Positions 41,717-52,939 of a DNA stretch of 64,000 bases are shown piece by piece; the stretch's first letter is position 1, and each line of letters starts with the position of its first letter. This DNA is from an uncultured virus (IMG/VR IMGVR_UViG_2740892351_000003) (lineage: Duplodnaviria; Heunggongvirae; Uroviricota; Caudoviricetes). A program made the position numbers and the translations under genes. The stretch is from positions 1 through 64,000 of IMG/VR virus record IMGVR_UViG_2740892351_000003; one strand, written 5' to 3'. Below the pieces are notes generated by a model that had not been told where the DNA came from, searched no databases, and saw nothing but the letters and a program-made list of their open reading frames with translations.

Positions 41717-42614
41717 TCATTTTAGATTTTTTTTAGAATTTATATATTTTTCTTTTAAACCTTTATTACCTCTTATTTCTATGATTTTATTTATAGATTT
41801 TATATAGTTTATATCATTAGAAATTCTTTTAAGACTTGTTATAAAGTATACAGAATAGCTTCTTGGTATCTTCTTTTTGATAGCTAAATCAATTACTGTT
41901 CTAGCAGCATTGTAACTTTTTAAATGAGTATGCCCTTCTTCAAATTTTTTATTTGTATTATAAACAATATATCCAGTTTTAGATTTGATAATAATATATT
42001 CTTTTTTCTCATATATTTTATTTGTATCCATTACAAATCCTCAATTTTATGCCATATCATTTCTAACTTTCCATGTTTTCTATTTAGCCTTCTTCTAATT
42101 TCATATGCAGATTTAATTTCTTCTTTTACATTTTGCCACTTATCTAAAACTTCTTCATATTCTTTATTCTCTTCTTTTAAAAATAGTATTTCTTCATTCA
42201 ATTCACTAATTTTGATATTTAACTCTCTGTTCTTTTCTAATAAATTATAATATTTTTGTTCATCTATAAGTATTGAAATCACTACCTTTCACAAACTTCG
42301 TATACGCCATTTTAAGCAATAAAGGTATAAACACAAGCAGTCATTTTTACAAAACCTTAGAATGTCATATACGAGACCATGTTTTTTAATTTAAAACTGA
42401 CATTTTATAGTTTATATTTTCCATCATCCCTTGGATATAGAAATTTTATATCTTTAAGGTCTAAACCATTTCTCTCGTAATAATTCTTTGCTCTTATACA
42501 TTCTCCTGGCGACACTCCATATAATTTAATTAAATCTCTAAAATTTATAAAATGTTTTTGGCCATCATTTTTTGATGTAATCTCCCATTCAAATACAACG
42601 TATTTAACTTTCAC
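41717..42614 (-). other. Hypothetical ORFs 41717-42031, 42031-42282, 42405-42614
   Basis: ORF track, co-oriented. Confidence 0.5.
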
Positions 42615-42628
42615 TTTACACCTCTATT

Positions 42629-43228
42629 TCATTGACTTATTAATACTTTTAACTGAGAAAATTTTGGATTATACCCCTTCTGCCATACAAAATGAGCATA
42701 TTCTATGCTATCTGTCTTTCCATCATCTGTAAAACTCATTCTTCTATTGTGAACAAATATGTATTTAGGCATATTATTTCCCCACAGCCTTTGTCTTACT
42801 TTTCCTCCAAGATAATTTAATCTTAGCAACATAATAACGAAACCACCTTCTCTTACATCATTTAAAGCTTTATTAATTATATCCAAGCTTAAATTAAAGG
42901 GAGGATTAGTAATAATTACATCGTATTTTTCTTTGGGCTGAAACTTTAAATAATCTTGCTTTATATTTGCCCTTGAATCATCTCTTATATCTACTGTATC
43001 TATTGAAATATCTTGATTTGAAAATTCTTGAATTGCAGTTGGGTAGCTCATTGGATTCGTACTGTCTCCACCTGCACATGGGTCTAATATGTTTATCTTT
43101 GAATTGAATATATCTTCATATTTACTAAATTCATTTAAAAACTCTTTAATTTTTATAACTGGAGTTCTATAGTAATCACTTATATGAAAATCTCTTACAT
43201 TACCTCTATTTGTACTACTTATAAACAT
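42629..43228 (-). CDS. Orphan amino (m6A/m4C) DNA methyltransferase
   Basis: DYYRTP, LDPCAG (SAM binding), ITNPPF (catalytic). Confidence 0.85.
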   Translation of the reverse strand: MFISSTNRGNVRDFHISDYYRTPVIKIKEFLNEFSKYEDIFNSKINILDPCAGGDSTNPMSYPTAIQEFSNQDISIDTVDIRDDSRANIKQDYLKFQPKEKYDVIITNPPFNLSLDIINKALNDVREGGFVIMLLRLNYLGGKVRQRLWGNNMPKYIFVHNRRMSFTDDGKTDSIEYAHFVWQKGYNPKFSQLKVLISQ

Positions 43229-43746
43229 CTCTCCTTTTTTTATTTGTCTTTACTTTTTAGTTTATTCCATCTAGTTATCATTTCTTCATCTACAAACATG
43301 ACTGCATCTGGGTGTTTTACCAACAAATCATTAAGCTCATCATCAGATATATCTTTTGATATTTCAATAAAATTTAATTTACCTATCACACATTAACCTC
43401 CTTAAAATAATACTTTTAATCTAAGTCATTATTCAATAATAATAATGCTATAAGACAAAATCCATTAAGTAGTATCCTATTAGTATTATCTTGCAAGTAA
43501 TTAGCTACCATACAACCTAAATTAAAAATTGCAGCAATATTTAAAATCAAATTAATACTCCTTTCTTTTATTCTTTTTTGTCAATATATATACTACTTGA
43601 TGGTATAAGAATCCAGATTAGCAACCATGCTAAGGTATTGATTGGATATGTTGTATCTAAGAATTGAAATTGTGGGAAGTTTAAAATATCTACTACCCAA
43701 ATTATTATAAGAATTGTTTTTAAGACTTTAAACATTTAACTCTCCT

Positions 43747-44031
43747 TTATTTATTAGATGAATTTTCTTCTATTACTACATGAGCATTACATATAATCAC
43801 CCTTTTACCATCAAAATCTAGTGTTATAGTACCACCATCTCCATCTTTAACTCTCATGTTTTTACTTGTATATGTTTTTAATACCTCGCCATTATCTGAA
43901 TATACATTTACAGTTCTATTAAGCCCTGATACATCACTTTCAGCATCTTTCATTGAGCTTTGTATCCCTGTACATCCAGACATTCCTATTAACATTGTTC
44001 CTAATACCCCTATTAATAAAAATCTTTTCAA
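43747..44031 (-). CDS. Lipoprotein
   Basis: Signal peptide with lipobox MSG-C. Confidence 0.7.
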   Translation of the reverse strand: MKRFLLIGVLGTMLIGMSGCTGIQSSMKDAESDVSGLNRTVNVYSDNGEVLKTYTSKNMRVKDGDGGTITLDFDGKRVIICNAHVVIEENSSNK

Positions 44032-44130
44032 TATAATTTCACTCCTTTATTTTTAATTGAATTGTAAATAAGAATATATATTTAGAATTTTTGAATTGGT
44101 TAAATGAATTTTTTAGAATTGAAATTTTGA

Positions 44131-46854
44131 TTAATCATTTACAACATTATATTTATCATCTTCTCTCCATCCAAAATTATATGGTTTTATAATGTTACAT
44201 ATTATATCTTTGCATAAACACATATAGTCTTCAATACTATCTTCAGAGTCACTATCTTGTACATTTATTAATGTATCACAGCCACTACAGCTTCCATAAC
44301 CAACATATGTCATAAGATATTCATATTCATTAGGTTGGTATGTTTTTTTAGGTATTAAATATAATAAAGTACCTTGATAATCTCCATTATCTATTTCACT
44401 TATATTGTCGACATCCCACTCATCATCTTCATTTATATTGTCATTCAAAATATGTTTTACAGATAATTTAACCAAATCTTCATAGCTACAGTAACTATCA
44501 CGATTAATGAAATCAGACTCTAACAATGCTTCATGTAATCTTGTTTTATTTTTTATCCACTTTTCTTTACAATATTTTATCATTTAGCTCTCCTTTAAAT
44601 ATTATTTAGATTTTCTATTTGAATTGTTCCAGTAGCACAATCTATATGTTGCCCAAGAATGGATGTTAAGCAACAATCTATATCATCTACCACTATTTTT
44701 ATATGAGGGTCTATTTTTAAAGATATTCCATTTATGGCTTTTGTATCATATATTTTACTTCCATTAAACATGTATTCTTTAAATGTTTTTGGGTTTATTA
44801 TATCTAAATTCATTGTTTTTGCTAAACTAATTATGTAATTTTTATTAGCAATAGAATGACATAATATAAGTGCATTATTTTCATAAGCATACTTTATTAA
44901 TGCAGTAGTTTTCCCACTACTTCTGTTTCCATTTATTAATTTCATAATTATTTTTCTCCTATTAAAATATTTATTTTATTTTATTTTAATTTTTTCTTTT
45001 AAATTTTCAAGTATTCCATCAAAACAATTATCATGTTCACTACAAATATTATATACACAATATGGACAACGATTGTCTAAATTTTCATCAATATATCGTG
45101 CATATCTTTCTAATATTTCTGTAGTATAATCTTTATCTTCCAATCTTAAGTAGTTTATGAATTCTTCCATTATGTATTCTTCATTAATGTACTTACTATA
45201 TACTCTATCTTTTTCTTTTTGAATGTTTTTAAAAAGCCTATAATCTTCAGTATCTATTTCTCCATTTTTTATTTTTCCCATCTTATAATTCTCTTTCAAA
45301 TTTTCTAATTACATCAATTCTTTTCTGTAACTTTTCATTATTAAATTCGTCATCCTCCATCATATACTCTAAATTATCAAGTAAGTAATTCACTGCTGTT
45401 ATATAGTTTTTAATTCCTTTATTCATTTTAAATATCTCCTTTTAATAATTTTCTAGTAAAAATCTTTCTATCATAGAAACAATATCATGTATTTCTTTAT
45501 AATCTGCATTTATTAACTTGTAATCAAATAACTTCTCAACAACTATTTTTTTTACCTTCATATCTATAAGGTCTATCATATATTTCTAACTCTATTTGTT
45601 TATTTTCTTCTATGTAATATATGGAAAAACAAACATTTCCCCATATATTAAATACTATTCCACTTACTGCTCTCATCACTGGTTCTTCAATTTTAGACCA
45701 AAGATTCATATTTATCCCCTATTAAAAGTATCATTTTATTTAATTATTATTTGCATTATCCATGACTTCTTGTACAGACTTTTCCATATCATAATCATAT
45801 ACATCACCATTTTTATATCTAACATCTACTATATGCTCAGGAATACAATTAAAATCTTTTATATCTTTAGAAACTTGTTTACCACAATATGGACAATAGT
45901 TTATATGTACTGATTCTGAACATGGAGCAATTATTATTTTTCTAATTTTTTTGTAGTAGTCGACATTAACATATGTATTTCCCCTGATTTTATATCCGTT
46001 TAGTTTGAAATATTCATAACATCCATCATAACAATTATTACAATTATCTTCTGCTATAATTTCACATGTATTGTCTTCTAATAATCTACTTCTTGAGGTT
46101 AAAAGTATATCTTTTGTATTATCAATTATACTTTCACAAAACTTACACATATTCAATTTACCTTTCTTATAAAAATAAAATTTTATGTTATATTAATCTA
46201 GTATTAATTTAAATCTATCATTTTGAATAAATCGTGTTTGTTTATCGAATTGTTTCATTAATTCTTCAATTGATCTAAAGCCAGAACTACAATCACCAGT
46301 ATCTAAGTTCACATATCCAAAATAATTTAATATTGATATTATTAAATACTTGTTATTACCTGCAAGTATAATGTCTCCAACTCTAACCTCTCTAAAAGAT
46401 TTAATCATGTTATCTTCAAATTTCATATGTACCTCCATTTAAAATTAAGATTTTATTGTATTTCATTATAATAAATTAATTCTGGATTACGACATTCTTC
46501 ATATCGACTATATCCTAAAAATTCATCGTCTTCACAATGTATTTGTATATATGGTTTTATCCAATTTAAAAATTTATTTATTTCATCATCATAATTTTTT
46601 AAGTTACTTCTAATAGTTAAATAATATGTTTTTGCTATATCGTCATACTCAAACATCGTATTGCTCCTACCTGAGAAAGAATAACTATCCATTATAAATA
46701 ACCATCTCCATCTACGACATTCAAAGAATGGGTGAGGTGGTGTAATATCATATCTATCTTCTCCTTCTATCATGTTATTTAATATATTAATAACTTCTTT
46801 TGGCGTATCCTTTTTTAATTCAATCGCACATACAAATTCTGTATACATTCCCAT
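44131..46854 (-). other. Run of small accessory ORFs (44131-44583, 44595-44945 with Walker A GNRSSGKT, 44976-45299, 45740-46156, 46193-46438, 46453-46854)
   Basis: Each has its own RBS; most junctions carry TAAAA-N6-TTTTA. Confidence 0.6.
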
Positions 46855-46893
46855 TAGTATTTCCTCCTAAATTCATCTATTAAATTTTTCATT

Positions 46894-48147
46894 TTAATTA
46901 CTTTTAAAATTATAAACTGGTTTTAACACCTCCATTATCTCAATAGTATCTCCTATATTGTTTAATATGTCCTCTATAGGTTTGTATGCTTGTGGTGCTT
47001 CATCTAGTGTTGATTGACCTACACAAGTTGTAAATATTTCTTTCATAGATTCTTCAAATTCATCTAAAGATATTTTTTCTTTAGCTTTTCCTCTTGATAA
47101 AATTCTTCCTGCTCCATGTGGTGCTGAATAATTCCACTCAGAATTACCTTTACCTTTTCCTAATATAATCCCATCTCTCATGTTTACTGGAATTATTACT
47201 GTTTCATCTTTATTTGCAGAAATTGCTCCTTTTCTAAGTATTTTACTATCCATATCTATATAGTTATGAATACATTCTATAACATCACATTTAATATCTC
47301 TTATAAAATGGTCATAATTTACATCTAGGCTGTTATATTTAAACAATATATCCGCAATTATAACCATTCTATTTGCAGCAGCGTATTTTTGAGCTATACT
47401 CATATCATGTAAATAATCTTCCATTAAATCATTTTCTAAATAACATAAATCATCATGTGGCTTATTCAATTTTCTATCACTAAGGTCTTTCAAATATTTA
47501 TTTATCAAATGTTCTTTATTGTCTTTTTTTAGAGTAGATATTAAAAACTCTTTTGCATCATCATATGACTTTTTATATTTTTCAATACAATATTTTATAG
47601 CTTTGTCTTGGTAATAATCAGCTATTTGTTTTCCTAAATTTCTTGAACCTGTATGAACAGTAAGATACATTTGACCTTTTTCACTTTTATCAACTTCTAT
47701 AAAGTGATTGCCTCCACCTAAAGTTCCTAACGACATATATGCTCTATTTTTATTCACCTCGCATCTAAGATTATTTATGTCTATATTAAATAAATTCTTT
47801 AATAGTTTTTCTCTTGACTTATTATGTATTTTAAATCCATGAGGAATATAATCTCTTATAATCTTATCTAATTTTGTATAATTTATATTATTAATATATT
47901 TTTCTAATGGAATAGTAGCCATTCCACAACCTATATCCACCCCTACCAGATTTGGCACTACTTTATTACTTATAGTCATTGTCGTTCCTATTGTACATCC
48001 TTTACCAGCATGACAATCAGGCATAATTCTTATACTAGATTCTTTAAATTCCTTTTGATTACATAAATTTATTATTTGACTTATTGTTGTACTATCTACA
48101 TTATCTGTAAATATTTTTGCTTTGTTATATTTCCCTTGAACTTCCAT
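46894..48147 (-). CDS. rtcB: RtcB RNA ligase
   Basis: MPDCH, GVDIGCG, GGGNHF, HTGSR, HNY, RKGA, HGAGR, DEAP.AYK. Confidence 0.95.
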   Translation of the reverse strand: MEVQGKYNKAKIFTDNVDSTTISQIINLCNQKEFKESSIRIMPDCHAGKGCTIGTTMTISNKVVPNLVGVDIGCGMATIPLEKYINNINYTKLDKIIRDYIPHGFKIHNKSREKLLKNLFNIDINNLRCEVNKNRAYMSLGTLGGGNHFIEVDKSEKGQMYLTVHTGSRNLGKQIADYYQDKAIKYCIEKYKKSYDDAKEFLISTLKKDNKEHLINKYLKDLSDRKLNKPHDDLCYLENDLMEDYLHDMSIAQKYAAANRMVIIADILFKYNSLDVNYDHFIRDIKCDVIECIHNYIDMDSKILRKGAISANKDETVIIPVNMRDGIILGKGKGNSEWNYSAPHGAGRILSRGKAKEKISLDEFEESMKEIFTTCVGQSTLDEAPQAYKPIEDILNNIGDTIEIMEVLKPVYNFKSN

Positions 48148-48190
48148 TTATTATTCTCCTTTTAAAACCTGTATTTTAACTTGTTATTTA

Positions 48191-49079
48191 TTATCCCTCT
48201 ATTAAATCCTGTACGTCTACAGTCACCGAACCTTTTCTTTCGAGTTTTATAAATTTTTCCATTAGTATTTCAGGAAGTCTATTCTCCCCATACTCTTCTT
48301 TTATTTTATCTTTTATTAAATTTATAATATATTCCTCCATTTCTTTATCTGTCATATTAAGATATTTATCCAGGTCATAAATGACGAGTTGTTCTATATC
48401 TCTTCGATAATGGCATAGTATATCTTTTAAAAATATTTTTTTAATTATCTTAATTCTTTTTTCATAAATCAATAATTCTAAATTAAAATATGTTCTTTTT
48501 TCTTTGATTCTTATTTCATATTCAAAAATTCTTTCTAATGGTTTTATTGATTCGTTATTTTTTATATATTTTGACTTTATTAATTTCTTAAAAGAGTTAA
48601 TTATATTTGCTCATCTCCTTCCATTTTAAGTTTTATATTCCATACATATTAAAACTAAATTCTACCCCTTCATCATCCTCAAATTCTTCATTGAAGACTT
48701 CTTCTACTGTTTTATCCTTAGAGATAACTATATGTAAATAACCTCGTTTACTAATAAAAGAAGTTTGATAAAGATTATCTAAACCCAAGAAATCCCCTTC
48801 TTGTTTATAAGGTACATATATATCCTCCACACTTCCGTTTTCGTATTCTATCTTTACATTTGTAATATCCTTATAATCATGCAATCTTTGAATTTCATCA
48901 ACACGTTTATGTATTTGTATATGTAAATAATCTGCCTTCTTGCATTTACCTATATAACTCAAAGCAAATCCTCCAATAATTTCATGTATATTATCTAAAT
49001 AAAAACCTCCTACATCTCCAATACCCAACTCTACATTCTCTAAGTTATCTAATCCTAAAATTATTTTCTTTATTTTCAT
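48191..49079 (-). other. Hypothetical ORFs 48191-48472, 48633-49079
   Basis: ORF track. Confidence 0.5.
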
Positions 49080-49276
49080 AACTCATTCCTCCATTAATTA
49101 AACTCTTAAAAATTATTGATGACGTCACACTTAGAGCATTTCCATCGTTTCTTTAATTTATAATTATCAAAATAAGAATTAAAATATCCTACAAATTCTT
49201 GAAATTCTATCCTTTCACATTGATAACACCATACTTTTACTACATCACCTTTAGAATACATTTATTGTCTTTCTCC

Positions 49277-49657
49277 TTAATATAATCTCAATCTTTTAAT
49301 TGTAGATGGTATTTCATCCTCATTAAATATTCCTAAGTTAACACATGTTATGCTATTTTTAGGAATTTCTGTTAATCCTCTATCCACTATAGTTAAATAA
49401 CCTTTTTCTTTAAATTTTAATAATTGTGCCTCTTTAGCTTTTAATATACATATTGTATCCCCATTATTCTTAAATGACGTTAAATCACATTTTAAATCTA
49501 TTAATTCATGTGCTATTATTTCTGTTTCATAAGAGCAAGAAACAGTGTCTAAAATTTTGTTATACAAATAATCATAAACTGCATGTGCAACTTGTGCTCC
49601 AACTTTGCCTGGACTCATATTTAAGTCTGAATTAATTGCTATGTACATTTTTTTCAT
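49277..49657 (-). CDS. pth2: Peptidyl-tRNA hydrolase, Pth2 family
   Basis: DLNMSPGKVGAQVAHA, DRGLTEI..S.TC..LG. Confidence 0.88.
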   Translation of the reverse strand: MKKMYIAINSDLNMSPGKVGAQVAHAVYDYLYNKILDTVSCSYETEIIAHELIDLKCDLTSFKNNGDTICILKAKEAQLLKFKEKGYLTIVDRGLTEIPKNSITCVNLGIFNEDEIPSTIKRLRLY

Positions 49658-49692
49658 TATTATAAACCTCCAAATAAATTAAAATTATTATC

Positions 49693-50510
49693 TTAATACC
49701 AATACATAATAATTAAACTATGTTTTTCAAAATCAATTATGTTTAACATTTTTTGAAATTCTTTTAATACTAAATCCCAAAACTCCTGTGTATACCTATC
49801 ATCAACTGTTACTTTTTTATCATTTTTATAATAATACTCTTTATCCTTATTGTATATCTTAGAATTTATATCTTTTTGTTTAAGAAAAGGAATTATATAA
49901 TCTTCCAAATCTTCCTTTGTAATAAGTATGGCTTCATCTTCATAACTTTCATAACCTTTTTCCCATTTGGCTTTATATATCATACGAATAACTGACCAAT
50001 CTTCTAAAGATATATCAATATCTAATAATTCTTCAAACTTATAAAACTCTTCTTCATCATTATTCAATTCCTTATATTTCTCACCTCTTGTTTTATTTAA
50101 ATAAATATCTAAATCTGTAACTTTTGTTTTTACTGAATAAAAACCTAAATCTAATCCCATATGTATCACCTCGCTAATTAAAACTGTTTTAATTAGATTC
50201 TAAATTCACTTTTTCTTTTATGATGTTTAATAAAGGTTTATAATTATCAATACCTATTGCTCTCATTACTCCATTATCTACATGTTTAATATATTTCATT
50301 AAATACCTCACTTATTATTTTTAATTCATCACAATCATGCTCATTTTCTAATTTATTTTTTATAAATTCTGCTACCTCCTCTTCTTTTAACTTTTCTATA
50401 TCTTCTTGATGATTTAAGATAACCTTCATAATAGATGACAAAGACATCCCATAATCATACATCGACTCATCTCTTATAATATCCTTCTTTTTATTCTTAT
50501 ATATTACCAT
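49693..50510 (-). other. Hypothetical ORFs 49693-50169, 50286-50510
   Basis: ORF track. Confidence 0.5.
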
Positions 50511-50521
50511 TCATTGTTATT

Positions 50522-50710
50522 CTGAAACTCCTACGCCTAAAGGCGTGGGGTTCTTAGGTACTACATGAATTTCTACAATACTCTCAGTTATAATAAATCA
50601 TAACCTACAACATATTATCACTAATCATATTCCCTAAGACTTTTATTAACAAAGTATCTGTTGACACCATTAACATTAATATTAGGCTCGTTTCTCAACC
50701 TATATAGTTT
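50522..50710 (-). ncRNA. Predicted TnpB omegaRNA (reRNA) scaffold; 5' end uncertain
   Basis: Non-coding right end between tnpB stop and terminal hairpin. Confidence 0.6.
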
Positions 50711-52159
50711 TTATATCCCCATACTAGATATTAATTTATAACCATTTAATTTTAATTTTTTTAATCTATTTATCTCTTTATCATGTAATATTTTAAAGTT
50801 ATCATATGTTTTAACACACAATTCTCTGTTGATTGATTTTAAATCTTCATTAACATTCATTATTAAAAATGCAGAATAGCAATCTCTTTGAATGTCCATA
50901 CCATTATTCCATCTATCTTTTAATTCCTTCTTATTGTACTCATCTGAAAAGTGATTATATTGACTGGCTCTACATTTAGCAGTATCTATCTTATATAATC
51001 TTTCATTATTATATTTTAACTTATTGTCTAACATAGTCAAAAACATTGATGGTGCTTTATTTGCTAATGATTTTCCAAAACGTTTCTTTTTATTAATTCT
51101 ACCAGTTTTTTCATTAATAGTAGTATCCTTGACTCTAGTTTGAAGTCTTTTATAACTCATCGTTTCAACATAAAACTTATTGCCTAAATTTAGTAATTTG
51201 TTAATTAATATATAGTGGTCTTGTTTTCTTATTTCAGCTTGTTTTCTATATAACTCTTTTCTTAGTCTTTTTAATTTAAGATAGTGATTACTAAATATCC
51301 ACTTATCTCTATTTCCTTGTTTTATAGTACCATTATCATTGAATTTATTAAGATTAGTTGCACGTTTACTTCTATCCATTTTACGTTGAATTAACTTTAT
51401 TTGCCTATCTATATTATTAACATTAGGAGCTAACTCCAATAACTTAACATCACATTTACTAGATATAGCTATAGTTTGAGTTCCAATATCTATACCTACA
51501 TTACCTAAACCAATTTGTCCTTTTATTTTTCCTTGATTGGTTGTTTTTTTAGGTGGAATTCCTTCTAAGACTAATTGTACATACCATTTAATTTTACCCT
51601 TAATTTCTTTTTTAAGTATTCTACAATATTTTATTTTATCTTGTATCGCTCTTTGAGCATAATTGTCATTATTCTTTATTATTACTGGAATAGTCATCTT
51701 ATTAAATTTAATAATACCATCTTTATAACTAATACCAGTTGAATTTTGTTTCCCTTCTATTGATGTTAATTCATTATATCTAATATAATTAACTCGTTTA
51801 GCTTGATGATAGATATACTTATTAAAAGCATTAAAACATCTTGTAGCTATCTTCTGAGTTATAGCAGAATGTAGTTTATAATATTTACCAATAAATTTAA
51901 CAAACTTATGAAGTGAATACTCTGTTAAATTATACTTCTTATTAATTTCACTAAATATTTTATTTCTATCTTTACCCTTATATTTACAATTTGCTTGGTG
52001 TTCTTTAGATTCTATCATGTGGTTATATCTTTTAAATAGCTCTGATAAACATGAATTATATACTTTTCTATACTTATCAAAAGCATTACATATAATGTCT
52101 TCTTGAAACTTTTCTGTTTTTAATTGCAATGTTAATATATAATTTGACATAGTGTTCAC
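50711..52159 (-). CDS. tnpB: TnpB RNA-guided nuclease
   Basis: RuvC D (GIDIG), E (YVETM), D (QRDCYSA); CxxC zinc finger absent. Confidence 0.88.
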   Translation of the reverse strand: MNTMSNYILTLQLKTEKFQEDIICNAFDKYRKVYNSCLSELFKRYNHMIESKEHQANCKYKGKDRNKIFSEINKKYNLTEYSLHKFVKFIGKYYKLHSAITQKIATRCFNAFNKYIYHQAKRVNYIRYNELTSIEGKQNSTGISYKDGIIKFNKMTIPVIIKNNDNYAQRAIQDKIKYCRILKKEIKGKIKWYVQLVLEGIPPKKTTNQGKIKGQIGLGNVGIDIGTQTIAISSKCDVKLLELAPNVNNIDRQIKLIQRKMDRSKRATNLNKFNDNGTIKQGNRDKWIFSNHYLKLKRLRKELYRKQAEIRKQDHYILINKLLNLGNKFYVETMSYKRLQTRVKDTTINEKTGRINKKKRFGKSLANKAPSMFLTMLDNKLKYNNERLYKIDTAKCRASQYNHFSDEYNKKELKDRWNNGMDIQRDCYSAFLIMNVNEDLKSINRELCVKTYDNFKILHDKEINRLKKLKLNGYKLISSMGI

Positions 52160-52167
52160 CTCACTTT

Positions 52168-52518
52168 CTAGTATCTTGTTTTCTGGTTTTTCACATATTT
52201 TTTAATAGTTTCACTACATACGTTTCCTGCTGTAGATACAAAATAGCTTCTAGTCCATAAACTAGGCATTTTTGATAATTCAATAAATTCTTCTCTTAAT
52301 ATTTTACTTGTATAGCCTTTTATATTTTGCATTATATCAGAAGGATTTAGAGTCGGAAGACTATTTAAAAACATATGTGTATGGTCTTTATCGCATTCTA
52401 TTGCAACAATTTCGATATCCATTTCCTTACACTTATTTTTAACTAATGTTTTAAATCTATCTTCTAAACCTTCTATATTAAATATTTTTCTTTTATATCT
52501 AGGGCAGAATACAAAGTA
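52168..52518 (-). pseudogene. tnpA: IS200 TnpA Y1 transposase, 5'-truncated
   Basis: HUH (DHTH) and Y (KKYVKNQ) present; homology continues upstream (YFVFCPRYKRKIF) to an in-frame TAA with no start codon or RBS. Confidence 0.75.
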
Positions 52519-52602
52519 TTAACATTATACGTGTATGTGTCAATACTTTTTATACACTGTTTGTGCTATCCATCCCACACCTAAAGGAGTGGGCTTTCCG
52601 CA

Positions 52603-52920
52603 CTATTCTGTAATCCCATTTAAATCTAAACTATTTTTATTTAAACTTTTTATGTAATGTATTATGGGTTTTACTACATCTTCAATATCTGCATTTACCT
52701 TTCTAAGTAAACTATAATCACCACAATCATATTCAACATAAGCTAATTGGTTTGTATCACTATCAGAACCTAATGATAATTCTGTTTTACTAGCTATAGG
52801 TATTAAATCTCTTTTGCAACTAGGACATACTATTACATCTTCATTTAAGAAATAATAGTATTCTTGTAATGTTTCTTCTACATTGAAGTATTTATTACAA
52901 TTCTCACACCAAAACCTCAC
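52603..52920 (-). CDS. Zn-ribbon protein whose 3' end is clipped by the IS
   Basis: CENC..CPSC; stop codon supplied by the IS left end. Confidence 0.6.
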   Translation of the reverse strand: MRFWCENCNKYFNVEETLQEYYYFLNEDVIVCPSCKRDLIPIASKTELSLGSDSDTNQLAYVEYDCGDYSLLRKVNADIEDVVKPIIHYIKSLNKNSLDLNGITE

Positions 52921-52939
52921 AGTATCACTCCTTTTATAT

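Larger units (their letters stand above)
50522..52609 (-). mobile_element. IS200/IS605-family element (tnpA-tnpB) inserted 3' of TTAC
   Basis: Left end AAAG plus hairpin CCCACTCC-TTTA-GGTGTGGG; right end GAAC plus hairpin CCCACGCC-TTTA-GGCGTAGG ending TCAG; both fit IS608 guide/cleavage pairing. Confidence 0.85.

Noticed and set aside
50174..50196. CTAATTAAAAC-T-GTTTTAATTAG palindrome as another junction site
   Set aside because: Spacer between TAAAA and TTTTA is 3 bp, not 6; left out of the count
50522..52609. CdISt1-type IStron
   Set aside because: Only about 90 bp lie between the left end and tnpA, leaving no room for a group I intron
50518..52610. CAGAATA at both IS ends as a target-site duplication
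   Set aside because: IS200/IS605 elements make no duplication; guide-pairing rules explain the ends as TTAC| and TCAG|
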